Under the pieces are notes generated by a model. The model was not told the DNA's origin, did no database searches, and saw nothing but the letters and a program-made list of their open reading frames with translations. From NCBI GenBank assembly GCA_013265495.1, contig MU058221.1, positions 186,001-250,000 on the forward strand: a stretch of 64,000 nucleotides of DNA, read 5' to 3'. This DNA comes from Vicugna vicugna. Its lineage: Eukaryota. Positions within the stretch are counted from its first letter, which is position 1. The number at the start of each line of letters is the position of its first letter. Both the position numbers and the translations under genes were made by a program. Shown here piece after piece: positions 51,593 to 64,000 of the stretch.

Positions 51593-53259
51593 AGAAGATT
51601 TGTTGACAGAGAGGCATCAAGACAAGGAGCTGGGATTTAAGAGGTCCAGAAAGATGATCTGGTTTCAGAATATAAGGTGGGTTGAGCTACTGTGTGTCCA
51701 GTAATTTCAGCTGTGTGGGAAAGAGGACTGTGGGACAGTAAAGTAGAAGGACTAGTTAGAAGTCAGAAAATTGCCTAGACCTTAAGCAAGCAAATCCAGA
51801 GACTTGACTCTGTATCTAGCAGCAGGGAGCTAAAGGGCATAAGCCAGGACCAAAGGGCTAGTCAGAGACACTTCCCCTAAATAATTTTTTTTTCTTGTAA
51901 TTGTAAATCACAGTCATTTCTCAGAGATAATTCACATTCCTTTTGGACAGTGAAAAAGGTTATAAACTTGATGGGAATGCAAATGTGCTGTTTACATTTT
52001 CTGAAAAGAGCCAAAAAAATGCTCATTCAATAAAGTTAAAATCCACTACAAATCTTGGGGTATTTTTTTCTTTCTAAAAATTCTCTTGGTTTTCTTGAGA
52101 TTTTGTGAGTACATCAGGCATTTATTTCCATCAAAGTAACTGACTCCATTGATTCTTGCTCTATTCTAAGACTGTGGGTGAAAGAAGGAAGGGCATTATG
52201 AAAAGAGCCATTGACAAAGATTTGAAAGATTAAGATCTAATTCCAACTCTGTTATCACTTAGTCATAAGCCCTGGGATTTTACAGACTTCATTTGGCGCC
52301 ATAGAACCAGTCCCAACACCTCCCCAACTTCGAGTTGGCCAGGGAAAGGGAAGACGCAGCCCTGCTCTGCCTCCCCCGTGGGACACTGCCACGGCGCTCA
52401 CACGCAGGAGTCACAGCCCGTTATCCCAGCTGTGACTTGCAAGCCCTTCCTGGAGCTCGCAGGAACAGCTCTCTCCTTGAATTGAACAGGAGCCCTCCGT
52501 TCATGCAGCTCTGCCAATAAACGGCTGTCAAGGAAGAGCCTTGAAACATCAGTTCCCCAACAGACACAGAGCCATGCAGCGTCCCCTGAGCCTGAAGAGA
52601 ATGAGTTTATAATAAAACAAGACTCTGCTCCATGCAGCGTTCCCTATTTTCTCAGACTTGAAGCCATGCAAGTGGAAGTTAATGGTCCCGTGAGAGAAGC
52701 AGAGAGTGATCAGACATAAACTAAAAGGACAATGACTCTGAGCCCAGACTGGTCACTTCATTTCTGCTCTATGCTGCAGGTGCACCACCCACGCTTCGCT
52801 CTGCATAGATTTATTCTAACACGGAAAACACAGAGTATTTCTCAAGGACTTTTGGTTGTTTATGTCAGGGGTAACATACTAGATCCTCATTCTCCTTATC
52901 CAACCCAGAGCATCTCAAGCACGGACAACGCTCTCTCATTCTACATTTGCTGAGGAACAATAAAGGTACCCTTTACTGGTGAAGCATTAATCATGAGAGA
53001 CACACTCACCAAGTGGTGGTGCCTGGCCTTAAGTGAGAGCCCAGTAAATAAATTACCTTTGTTCATGGTGTATTACATAAATTAATGAAGCAGAGCTATG
53101 GGAGCTGTGGGAAGTAAAGAAGAGGATCAGTTATACTTGGCTGGAGATCTTGTGAATTTTATGTTTTACGTTTTTTTTTCCTTTTTAAACAGTCTTGTTG
53201 ATCACATTATGCTTCTAACCCCTCACTACATCAAGCCACCTCGGCATAAAGATTCAGGG

Positions 53260-53650
53260 AAAGGTGGAAGCATGCACTGCTCTCTCTTCCTGGAATGCCC
53301 AGGGGCCCACCGTTTCCTCCCTCACCCCTTTCAGCTGTCACCTCATCAGAGAGGTCTTGGCTGACCACCCAGTACAGAACAGCACCGCACCGTCTGCCCC
53401 TCCAGTCCCTCCGAGTCTCCGTTGCCTTCCCTGCTTTTTCTTCACTGCGCTTACCATCAGCTGGCGGATTATGCTTTTACTTACTTATTTGTTTTTAGTG
53501 GCCCCTACTGCTTATCTGCCATTGCAGTGTAGGCTCCGTGAGGGAAAGAGCTTTGCCTTTTGGTCCACTGCTTTATTCTCAGCACCTAGAACCATTCCTT
53601 CCACACTAGAATTTCCATACAGATTTGTTGAATGAATAGATGAATGATGG
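53260..53650 (+). mobile_element. L2 3' end
   Basis: GTAGGCTCCGTGAGGG...CAGCACCTAGAAC...ATTTGTTGAATGAATAGATGAATGA tail. Confidence 0.75.
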
Positions 53651-56600
53651 TGAACTACTTGCTTTAGAATTCTTTCAAAATGACCTCCAACTGGATGATA
53701 GAACTTGAGACATCGTATAGGTCTTCCGTGCTATATTTGGTTATGTGGGTCTAGGGTTATAATTAACAAGATTCACTGACCAGTTAAATCACTGATCTTC
53801 TTAGCAGCGATAAGATTAGACCAGATATTTTTTAGATGGAGACTGACTATAAATATGATGATTGCATAAGCAAAAGATTTTTGGCAGAGATGCTGAGGTG
53901 TTCTTCCTCGTACAGGTTTTGGAAGCACAAGACATGCAATCTATGGGGGAATAAAAGAGAAAAGAGACAGTGAATGTTGCAAAAGTGATCAGAGTGTTGC
54001 AGCTAAACCTGGGTTCAGGTCCTGCCTCTGCTGCTTACTGTTACACGACCTTCGGCCAATGACTCACATCGCTGGGCTCCGTTTTCTCGTCTGTCACGTG
54101 GGCGCAGGCAGCTACGTGGCAGCTCTGATGCTGAAGGGCCCTGGGAAGACCAAGTCAGATAGCGCTGGGTGGTCAGACAGGACTTCTCTGATGAGGTGAC
54201 CGTTGAAAGAGGCGCAGGAGGAAATCATGTGGATCTCCGAGTGTTCCAGGAAGAAGAACAGTGAGTGTGAAGGCTTTGATTCATGGTGTATCAACTTGCT
54301 GCAGGGAGGCCCGAGTGGGAGCACTGAGGGGCAGACGGGAAGGAGACGGAGGGCAGATGGCGTGCAGCAGTGAGGGCTTAGTCCTCGGTTCCATTCAGTG
54401 TGCTTTGTTACTTACTTTCAGGATATTCCCCACTCTTTCTGTGATCTCCAGGCATCCAGAGAGACCCCTCCCATGTATGTCGTCTTCCAGAGGCCCTGCC
54501 TTTGCCTACATTCAGATTCTGCAAGTAGGCTTGCTTTTGCGTTTGACTTTGGTCAAGTACCCGCCCTGCTGGTGCTTCACTTTCCCCGTCTGAAAAGTGG
54601 AGATGGTGGTGGTGGTGGTGGTGATGGTAATGGTGACGGTATTATCCGCATCTTAGGGCTATGGCTCAGTGTATGGAAGGCATTAGAACAGCTCCTGGCA
54701 AGTGGTACACACTGCATCAAAGTGGACTGGTCCCATAGCAGGGAGAATAAAGATGCTGTAAAGTAAGTCACAGTATCTAGTATGACATTCTTCCCAAGAG
54801 TCTTCTAAGAGACAGTGCTTCCTGACAAGTTGTGGAATCCGAGGCATGAGAGGCACCACCTGGAGGAGAGAATCTGGACTAGGAAATCCTTCCTAGTCTG
54901 CCTCCGGTAACACATCGTTATTTATTTCTGTTTACAGACAGACCAGCCTTTCACTCCATCAGAATTCTAACGGCAGTCCCTGCTTCTTAGTTTTCTTTGT
55001 TGACCCAATATGCTTACGACTTTCAGTATCAAAATCTTTGGTTTTACTTTATGTTAGGTTGTAAATGTTAGGCATCCAAGGATTCATACTTGCATAAAAA
55101 TAGGGCCATCACTCAGAAGGAAGAAATTGCTCCTAGCTGCAGGAGTGATGGTGCATCCTGCACATCTGAGAGTCAGAAGCAGTGGAGGATGGAGCTACAA
55201 GGGGAGGGCCATAGTAGCATATGCTCATGAATAATGAATCTGACATTATAGCTATGCACATGGAACACAGCAAGCTCTAAGCTAAAACTTGGTTTCATCA
55301 TTTATTCACGGCATCTTGGGTTCAGCACCTGGATAATGCTCAGAATGGCAGAGGAACAAAGCAATCTGCTTGCGGAACTTGGGGTGGAGAAGGCCTGCAT
55401 GAGGAAGCCAGATACCTGTGAAGGTGTGATTTCCATCACAAGCGCTGAAGGTAAATGAAGGTGGACAAAATGCAGGGGGAAGTGCATGCTTGGTCACCTG
55501 AAGATTGGACAAAGGAGAAAGCTTGTTAGGGCACAGGGTGACAAGGGTCGCTGATGCTCCGGATGCTGGAGGAAGACAAGCTGGAGGCTGCATGTAACCC
55601 AGTGTATTCTGTGGTTGTTACATTTTAATATTTTAATTTGCATAAATGGACATTATGGTCAGTTTCAGTACTCCGGAGGAAGTTCTACATTTTCTGGCAG
55701 TGTGAAATTTACCTTTAGGGTACATGATGTATTTTTCAAGTTCAAACTTCAACATAATATTGCAGTTACGGAGAGAGGAGAGGTTGGGATCACAAAGGTG
55801 TCTGGGTTTGTTTCCTTATTGTGCAAAGGAAGCACCCTTCACTTCTGCCCCTTCACTAGGGCGGGGCTGCTCGTGGGGACGCCCTCGTGTTGGAGGGCCG
55901 CGTCCTCCTGTGGGCGACGGTGATTTTCACTGTACACTCGGGCCCCGTAGCTGTGCACCTTAACAGCCGCAGAAAACAAGATGGCTTGTTTCACAGGTTC
56001 TGTGGAGAAGGGCTTCGTATCTCACTCAGGCTATTTATTTATCACTGTTATTTCCCAACACTGACAGGAGTCTTCTTTGGGATGCAGACAAATCTGAATT
56101 GATTCTGGACAACAATATGAAAAATTTGTGTCAGCACTGAAAAGTAGGAAACATTGCCACCCACGAGCCAAAGGCTACGAGGGACTTCTGCAGGATGAGG
56201 CTTAACTGAGCGAAAATGAACTTCTGGTGGGCAGGGAAGTGTGTCAGCTCTGTTAAGGCAGTGGTAGGAACCTGGAAGGCTGTCCTGAAGCAGCAGAGGA
56301 ATTTCCCACCAGGCCTGGTGCCTGGAGCTGCAGCCGCACCAAACTGAATGAAGTTGCCTGAGACCCTGCTCGCTTTTGCTCCCTTTGCAATTCTGGATCA
56401 TGAAAAAGGCAACTGGTTGGATCAGTCTGAAGATCCAACAAGAGGTGTCTATCTGGCAAATACGCAGAAACTGAGAGATCCACAAGAGAGCCACAAACTC
56501 TGCGCGTTTGAACAAACAGCGCTCGACGAGGCCCAGTTACAAAGCTTCTCCATACAGGCCCAACCTACTGGCTCTTCCCCGCGGTCTCCGGTGAACCATC

Positions 56601-57199
56601 TGGCTGGTCCAGTTACTCCCAGATAACAGAAACAGTTCGACCACTTAGAATCAGAAAACAGTCTATTTCAGTGCTGGGTAATAGCTGAAACCTCACTGTA
56701 AAGCTTTTCTTCACTCTGGTCCTCAGGCTGTACGCTCAGTCCAGGAGGCAGGGTTAGGAAAGGACATTTTCAGCTGGCACTGCCGTGATCTGGGGCCCTT
56801 CTGGCTTGGCAGACAGTCAAGAGAAATACTATCCTTCATAAAGGCACGTGTTGGATGCTCGGCAAGTTCTCCCTGAGAACACTCTGCTGCATTCTGTGGA
56901 CGAGGGTAAAGCTACTCCCTTAATGTCGGTTTACGTCTCCTCCCTATGTAAAACCCTTCAAGGCTCACTGACGAGGGCAGAGCCCACAGCACACCGACAC
57001 TTTGTTCTAGAGAATTCTTTCACATTCCCACTCACTCTTCAGCCAATTCAACCCAACTTTTTTATACCTTTTAAGTAAGTGGGGGGCTAAGATTTGAAAA
57101 TCCAGTTTACAGACACTTCCTTGGAAGAACTACCTGGTGGTCCAGCCCTCTGCTTTGGAGAGGAGGGGTCATTTCCCTGGCTTCATGGGTCTATGACTT

Positions 57200-57348
57200 C
57201 TATAGTTACAGCATCCTTCACTCAAAAAGGCTCTGTGCTTGGATTAATACTCTGCTGTCACCATCTTGAAATTTTACAATAATTTTTGAACAAGGTGCTC
57301 TGCATTTTCACTTTGGACTTGGTCCAGAAAATTATGTAGCTTGTCCTG
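57200..57348 (+). mobile_element. MER91-like MITE
   Basis: GCTGTCACCATCTTGAAATT...TTTTGAACAAGG...GCATTTTCACTTTG...AAATTATGTAGC. Confidence 0.6.
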
Positions 57349-58025
57349 GTTGCCCCTATTAAAGTGGAGGCTCTTGCTGAAACTGAGACAGCGTCTCCTT
57401 TTTTGGCATCTTATTACCCTTGTTTCCAGAGGAGATTTCAGGTCTGTGTAGAATTCTCATTTTTGAGTGTGGATAAAACTGGAGGAAAAATCCACACTTA
57501 TCAATTTGGGGACTATGAAAGACTTTGAAGCTTAAAAGAACAGAGCTCACAGGAGGCAAAGTAAGGACATACTTGGGAAAAGAAAAAAAAAAGATTTACC
57601 ATAGGAAACAAAAGTAATTTAAGGCAGTATCTGCCTGTACTTTCAATAAAATTCAATTAAGCTGGATTCTATGAAATATGAGATTAAAGATGAGATAAGA
57701 CAATAAACATCAAAAGTAAGCTTGCTTACAGGAAGGCAAAAATCAGCAAAGAAGCCAGCCAGAAACAAGGGTAATGGCTTTGAAATAGAAAATGAGTTGG
57801 CAGAATCTTGTAATGTATTAGGAGCAGTACAGTAGACCCCATGGATAATTACAGCAGTAATACGAAGCTTGAAAGGGTCCCCAGATGCTGAAAAAAGCAA
57901 TGGGATAGAAATGACTGCACAGAAGAAGAGAGATATCAAAGAGACAATGGAGAGAGAGCACAAAGTTCAGTAGAGTTCTTCTAGGAGATAAAAAAAAAAT
58001 AGTTTAGAAATAACGTTCACAGTAG

Positions 58026-58453
58026 TGAAGATTACCTAGTTAGCTCCAGAGGGGGGAGGTACATGGCAGAAGTGACGATGCAAAACCCACAAAGGGACCA
58101 GCAGGATCTCCCAGGCAGGGCCTTTGCCTTCCCGCTTTTGTGCTTCTGTAAAATGGCTTGTTTCTAGGGAAATGAAGCTTACCCCTAAAATTCCATTGGT
58201 TTCTGAAAGCTCATCCCTGATTGGTCCATTTCTAACACCTCATTTTCATATGATGTGAACGTAATTGAAACCTAAAACCCTATAAAAGCCTGTGTAAACC
58301 TACAGACGGGGTTGAGAGTTTGGAGTGTTAACTCCTCTGGGCCCGCCGGCGTAGTGAACGTGAGTTCTCCAACCCTCTGAGTGTTGCTTGGTCTCTTGAT
58401 GGGATTCAGGTTTCTGTGACAGAAGGAGCAGGGGGACACCAAGTTTTGTAACA
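58026..58453 (+). mobile_element. Solo ERV LTR, relatively well preserved
   Basis: TG...CA ends, two ATTGG (CCAAT) boxes at ~58195 and ~58220, TATAAAA at 58281, retained CpGs. Confidence 0.78.
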
Positions 58454-59811
58454 ATAAACCTTTCTTACAAATGAAAATACCACAATAAAGGGATATTAAT
58501 AGTAAAGTTCACTAGGCTTGTGGACGAGTATGTTTTGGATTGAGGATGCTTTGCTGAAAGCTCTGTGAATTGCCACTCTCATTCTCTGACCAAGTGTCAG
58601 TCATACATGCAGGTATAAAACATCCCCCATTTCCCTATTTAGGACCTCTATGCTAGGAAAGAGCAAAAACAGTAATTATACAGTTTATGAAGATAATGAT
58701 AAAGGCTTTGCAAAATGCTTTCCTTCATATTTCATTTGAGCCTCCCAACGGTGCCATAGGCAGACAGTATTGTCAAAAGCTACAGACCACCAGTTAGAAG
58801 TGTCACATGTTAATGGCAGGGCATGAGTCTGCTTGAAGTTGTAAGCAAGGCTATATTTATAGCAGTCAGTTAGGGAATAAACACGCTTGAGAGTTTGGGT
58901 GGTTGAAGAGACGGAGAATCTTCCATTAGTGTGCTTCAGATGACTGGTTGTCATACGCTCCTGCGATCACACCTGTAGACCAATGGCCTGTCATGTAAAG
59001 GACCGGAGATTGGATCCCTTACTTAGGTATTAGAAGTACTGTAAATATGACACTTGTATCTAACAAGAAGGAATCAATATAGCTGGCTTGAAATTAAGTT
59101 CTACCATAGTCCAAAATATCATAGACTCTATTTGGAGTCTCACACACACAGCTCCAAGTATCTGAGGTTTTTATGACCGATAGTTCATTTGCTTAGATGG
59201 TATGGGTATTAAACAAGGCTATTAGATAGACAAAAGAGAATAGGTCTAGTTTCTCACTAGGACTACAGACTAGTGATGCCAGATTCACTCATTTCCTTAA
59301 TGAGATTTGGAATAAATAAGGGGCAAAAACAGCTATAGAGCATTTTACTGGATCAAAGTCATAATGGATGACAGGATGATAATGCAACTGATGACTTGTG
59401 GAATGTTCAAGGGGCTTAGACATGGTGAACACTTAGCACTGCCACCCTCCTGCCTGTGGCAGACATCGCTGGTCTATTGCATACACTTGCTTACGGAACT
59501 TAGACGCAACCTCAGAAACCTATTCAGCACGGCACGCTGGAGCAGGCTGTGTCAGCCCATCAGAGCTGGGACTTAAGATGTCATTCCTCATTCAGTTTAG
59601 CCCTCTAAGTTTTTCAGGGAAGGTCACTGAATCTCATAAGGACAAAATGACTGAAAGGTCATATGATCATTTGGAAGAAAAGTGTGAACTATAACCTGGG
59701 TCTTTGATTCTTATTAGAACTCAAAATTGGAATAAATGCAAGGATTTAAAGATTATGTTTCAAACTGATTTTGATGTGTGTATGTGTGTTAGCACTGGTG
59801 ATACTGTTGAG

Positions 59812-59853
59812 ATGTGTGTGTGTGTGTGTGTGTGTGTAGGGGTGTGTGTGTGT
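59812..59853. repeat. (GT)n microsatellite
   Basis: Directly visible. Confidence 0.95.
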
Positions 59854-60377
59854 CTATGCAGGTTACCACTATGTAATATGACTGGTGTGTGCATGTTTGT
59901 GTGTTATAGCTACAGACCAAAAGTTCTCTCCCACATGCTAGACCTAGCCCCTGGATTTACAGATTCTTGCAAACTCAAATTTCTTCCATTTTGTAGTGGA
60001 AATTTTGTTCTCATTCTAAAGTAAACAATTAAAAATAAGGAGAATAAAAGCCTTTAAGCCGTCTCATACACCCTGTCTTCCCTGAGCTCTGTCACTCTAT
60101 CCTTCCCTCTCACCACACTCCTCTGAACTGAATAAATTTACTTTCCCTACTTCATTTTTGGTTATTCTTCACCCTCTTGTAATTTGATTTCTGTTGAAAC
60201 AGTTACTGAACATATCACCGATGATCCAATAGCCAAATCTAATGAAATTTCCCTATTTGTATTTTATAGACCATGCATTATGCTATGTTAACCACCACTG
60301 GTTATGAAACCCTTCCTTATTTCCTGCCAATATTTGCTCTTAATTGCACTGTACCTTACTTCACCCCAAGCACCCTT

Positions 60378-61100
60378 CTTTTTCTTTTTCTTTTTAAATT
60401 GAAGTATAGTCAGTTTACAATGTTGTGTTAATTTCTGGTGTACAGCATAATGTTTCAGTTATACATATATGTATGCATATTCCTTTTCATATTCCTTTTC
60501 TTTATATGCTATTACAAGATATTGAATATAGTTCCCTGTGCTGTACAGTAGAGCTCTGTTGTTTACCGATTTTGTGTATAGTAGTTAGTATCTACAAATT
60601 TCAAACTCCCAATTTGTCCCCCAAACCCCCCTTATCCCCCCGGTAACCATAAGTTTGTTTCCTATGCCTGTGAGTCTGTTCCTGTTTTGTAAGTAAGTTT
60701 ATTTGTGTCATTTAAAAAGATTCCACATACAAGGGGTATCACGTTATTTTTCTTTCTCTTTTTGGCTTACTTCAGCTAATATGACTGTCTCCAGGTCCGC
60801 CCATGTTGCTACAAGTGGCATTATTTTATTCTTTTTTGTGGATGAATAGTATTCCACGGGTGGTTTTGGTTTGCATTTCTCTAGTAATTAGAGAACTTGG
60901 TCATTTTTCACGTGCTCATTAGCCATTTGCACGTCCAGTGCTTGTTTAGGTCTCCTGCCCCTTTTTGGACTGGGCGTCTTTTTTGTTGTTGTGGTGTTGT
61001 TACTGAGTTGTATGAGCTTGTTTGTATATGCTGGAAATTAGTTCCTTGTCAGTCGTGTCATTTGCAAACATTTTCTCCCATTCTGCAGGTTGTCTTTTTT
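60378..61100 (-). mobile_element. L1 3' end with internal deletion
   Basis: T-rich head, then AATTGAAGTATAGTCAGTTTACAATGTTGTG (camelid/cetartiodactyl L1 3' end); jump to ORF2 sequence near 60858. Confidence 0.88.
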
Positions 61101-61110
61101 TTAAAACATG

Positions 61111-61230
61111 TTATTTTGGGAGAGGCAATTAGGTTTGTTTATTTATTTTTTAGTGGAAGTACTGGGAGCTGAACCCGGGAGCTTGAACATGCTAAGCATG
61201 TGCTCTAGCCCTGAGCTGCACCCGTCCCCC
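61111..61230 (-). mobile_element. tRNA-derived SINE, camelid Vic-1 type
   Basis: Minus strand GGGGGACGGGTGCAGCTCAGGGCTAGAGCACATGCTTAGCATG...GGTTCAGCTCCCAGTACTTCC, then AAATAAATAAACAAACCTAATTGCCTC; Pol III A and B boxes present. Confidence 0.85.
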
Positions 61231-64000
61231 AGTCGGTTCCTCAAGGCTGCTCTTAAAGGCTCACCCAACAGACAGACAAATGACGTTTTATGAGAGCTGT
61301 TTGGCCGCCTGCTCGAAGGCAACAGCTTTCTCAGGCGACTGAGAAGCTTGCAGGTGGAGGCCAGGACCTCGCGCCACGCAGCTGTCCCTGTAGGGAACTC
61401 ACTCATGATTTTATTCTGACAGACTGACCCCAAAATGGTACAGAGCTTTCAAAACAAAAGAAGAAGGAACGACAGATTGCAGCCTCCAACTAATGCTCCA
61501 GCCAGGTTTGTGTCCCTACAAAACTTGCAACTTCAGTGGTAACTAAAGAAAACCTCACCCTGAAAGTAACCGAGCCAAGGGTCTGGTGTTGTGCACACAG
61601 TCAGGTTGAAAAAGCCGGCCTGATAAAAACTTTTTTTTTTCTCAGAATTCTTACTTTACAAAAACTAAAGTCCTTTTAGGGGAACTTGCGTTTCTCTCCC
61701 TGTGTCTTTGAAATGTGAATGTTTTATCTTTCTCTGGGTGTTTTGCTTGTGTGTATGTGAAGGAGAATTAATAAAACAGCCACACTTAGGCTAGCAGATT
61801 GCTTATTCTTACGCTTGCTCTTAAAACGTTCAACTAACCTGACTGGTTGCTACTCACAGCTCCAGGCCCATTGTTAAAATAAAGCTATTAATTTTACTGT
61901 TTCTATTTTATTCCAGTAATCAAAAGCTACAATCGTGCTTGGCTCTCTGAGTCATTCTCCAGGGCGAAGGTCAGGGGACTGTAACCTTACAAAAGAGCCT
62001 GAATTACCAAGAATCCGGGCCTTGGGCACTCATAAGATAAAGAGATCAAAAGAGCAGCAACCACCAGCCTCCGCAGAAGTGCTCCCCTGGAGGCTCCATG
62101 ACACGAGTCTTATGAGGACGCAGTTCTGCTGATTGTCGTTGATGTGTTATTATTTAAACTATGGCTACTTAATCAGTGGCATAAATCACCCCCTTTTCTA
62201 AGAGGGGCTCCAGATTCCGGCCCACCGCTGGGCCAATGAGGCTGAAAGGATCGCTCCCCCCCCTGCCCCCGTGCTGACGGGAGGGAGGACGGAGCCCAGG
62301 AGATGCCAGATCCTGTTTTGCTCTGGGGACCCTTCCATCCATCGCCCTTCCACCATCGATGGATCGCAGGTACCTGAACTGACTCTTTGGAAGAAGAAAG
62401 ACAGCTCCGTCTCTTCTGAAGCATCACATCTGGTCTGCAGGCCCAGGGTTAGTTCCCGGTGATGACTGAGGTCCCTTGATCTCATGCTGGGAGACCTCTA
62501 ATTAGACAGGTGGGGAACTCCCGTCTGAATTTGAGTTTGGAACAGGTACCCATCTGTAATGGAGATCTTGGGCTAAGAGAACTTGGAAGCAAAAGTAGAA
62601 TTTGAATTACTTGTAAATCTGGAATTTAAATTTGTTCTTAACCTGTCCTTTGAAGGCTTGTGCGTCCACCTACCAACAAAGGCCTGGTATAATCTAACAC
62701 CTGTGTTTATATTTTGTATTTGAAATAAGTTACTATGGGGGGTGCATCATCTATTCCATCCAGTAACCCATTGGGTTAGCTCTAGAATGACTGGTCTAAT
62801 TATAGTTACCTAAGAAAAATACTGGTTTTAGAGGCCGCTCAGAAGGAGGCCCAACGTCTAAATCAAGGGAACTTGCACGTGCCTGCTGCAGACAGCGCGT
62901 CCTCGCTGGCGCCAGAGCGGGCTTCCCAAGCAGACGGCTGTGGCAAGCTGCAGGCCCCGGAAAGAACCAACACAAAGCCCACCTCCTTTTCTGGGATGGG
63001 CCCGTTGGGCTTGTCAGAAGTGTGCCTCCCTGAATGCGGTGACCCTGCAAATGCGTGCGTGGTAAACGTGACCTTCACAGGCCAACCTCAGATGGCACAA
63101 AAATGAAAAGCAAACAAGACAGAGAGCAGCAGCCAAAAACCTCCCTAGAGGCTTATTGGAAACTGCCTTTGAGGTTTCTAACGCTAGAGAAGAGAGAAGC
63201 AAAAAGCTAGTTAGCATCACGACGGCAGCTCACCTGGGGGCTTGGTAAACAAAAGTCCAAAGCGCAAAAGGGAGACAGAAAAGGCCAACCGTGCCTGTTA
63301 ATCAGTGTGTCTACTGCAAAAACGGGTTGCCCCAAAACCAAAATCAAAGAAAAGAGAAAGGAGGCACAAACACCTTCCAACATAATGGTCACCCAGGGAA
63401 CCGCAGACAGGAAGCTAATGACTGATGGGACTTCGGGCTCCTGGCCGTGCTAAGATCCCCATGACAGTCGCCACCCAAGAGCCACAAGTACACCTGACTG
63501 TGGCGTCTCAGCCAGTGGGCTTTCTCATGGGCTTAGAGTGGCGCACCCCATCCTGAACTGTATATTGGAAACACGGGGAATATCTGTCCCCATAATGGGA
63601 ATGACTCAGCTGCTGTTACAGCCTCTGGAGTGCAAATTTTAAGACAGGGGGAAAGTAACTTAGATGGCTTGTCAAGGACAGATAGAAATCTTAAATGTCT
63701 TCCAGAGAAGTTAGTAAAACTTCAGCTATCTAGACAGGCAACTTCGATTTCTCCCATCTGCCAGAAACCCAGTTTGAATCCAACCTCTTGTAACTGATGA
63801 GTCTTTACGCTTGTGTGTTTGTATGTATATGTGTGTATATGTGTGTTGTAGATATGTGGCATAATTAATTTGTAAAAGAGCTCTGTTTAACTGGCTAAAG
63901 GAAGTTAAGTGCTTACATAAATACTCAGAAATATAAATGTAACTGACCAGAGTAAAAACCGGGTTTGTGTGATTTAAAAAATTTTCAGTACTGAAACATT
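61231..64000 (+). mobile_element. Degenerate ERV1 (gammaretrovirus-like) internal sequence with gag and pro remnants; runs off the window
   Basis: Gag start MGGASSIPSSNPLG at 62735; capsid remnants DPANACVVNVTFTGQ and LLETAFEVSNAREE; zinc-knuckle remnant QCVYCKNG at 63303; protease start QEPQVHLTVASQPVGFL at ~63476. Confidence 0.82.

Larger units (their letters stand above)
23643..56626 (+). pseudogene. Candidate decayed multi-exon protein-coding gene (unitary pseudogene or lncRNA), divergent from GCFC2; identity unknown
   Basis: Candidate exons called by eye: 23643-23844, 23976-24147, 24340-24433, 30380-30415, 30814-31142, 32601-32631, 33642-33696, 34048-34136, 40313-40360, 41021-41103, 42730-42871, 43166-43341, 44159-44270, 45797-45855, 46285-46538, 49514-49557, 50297-50383, ~55058-55450, 56068-56626. 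Most have pyrimidine-tract acceptors and GT donors, with compatible phases across most neighbouring junctions. Peptides look protein-like but carry stops and frameshifts. Confidence 0.6.

Noticed and set aside
61150..61230. tRNA gene
   Set aside because: A/B boxes belong to the SINE head; no intact cloverleaf, and a SINE tail follows.
1..64000. CRISPR arrays, operons or other prokaryotic systems
   Set aside because: The sequence is mammalian (spliced gene, L1/SINE/LTR content); no regularly spaced repeats seen.

Overview
Mammalian genomic DNA, most likely camelid: there is a Vic-1-type tRNA-derived SINE at ~61.1 kb and camelid/cetartiodactyl-type L1 3' ends. The left 23.4 kb holds the first five coding exons of GCFC2 (C2orf3) on the minus strand, with canonical GT-AG sites and a continuous frame. 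The rest of the gene lies left of the window. Its introns carry nested L1s, MaLR LTRs, hAT DNA transposons and a small TSD-flanked retrocopy. A CpG-island promoter sits at ~22.9-23.8 kb. The apparently intergenic 23.6-56.6 kb region contains a chain of plus-strand AG...GT-bounded exon-like segments that lie between the repeats, mostly splice in matching phase, and translate into a Ser-rich/helical protein. About the first 243-255 codons stay open, followed by stops, frameshifts and mutated splice sites. I interpret this as an unannotated decayed multi-exon gene (candidate unitary pseudogene or lncRNA) head-to-head with GCFC2; I cannot name it. The right end has a solo LTR, an L1, the SINE and a deleted gammaretrovirus-like ERV. 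Repeat subfamily names and boundaries were called by eye and are approximate.
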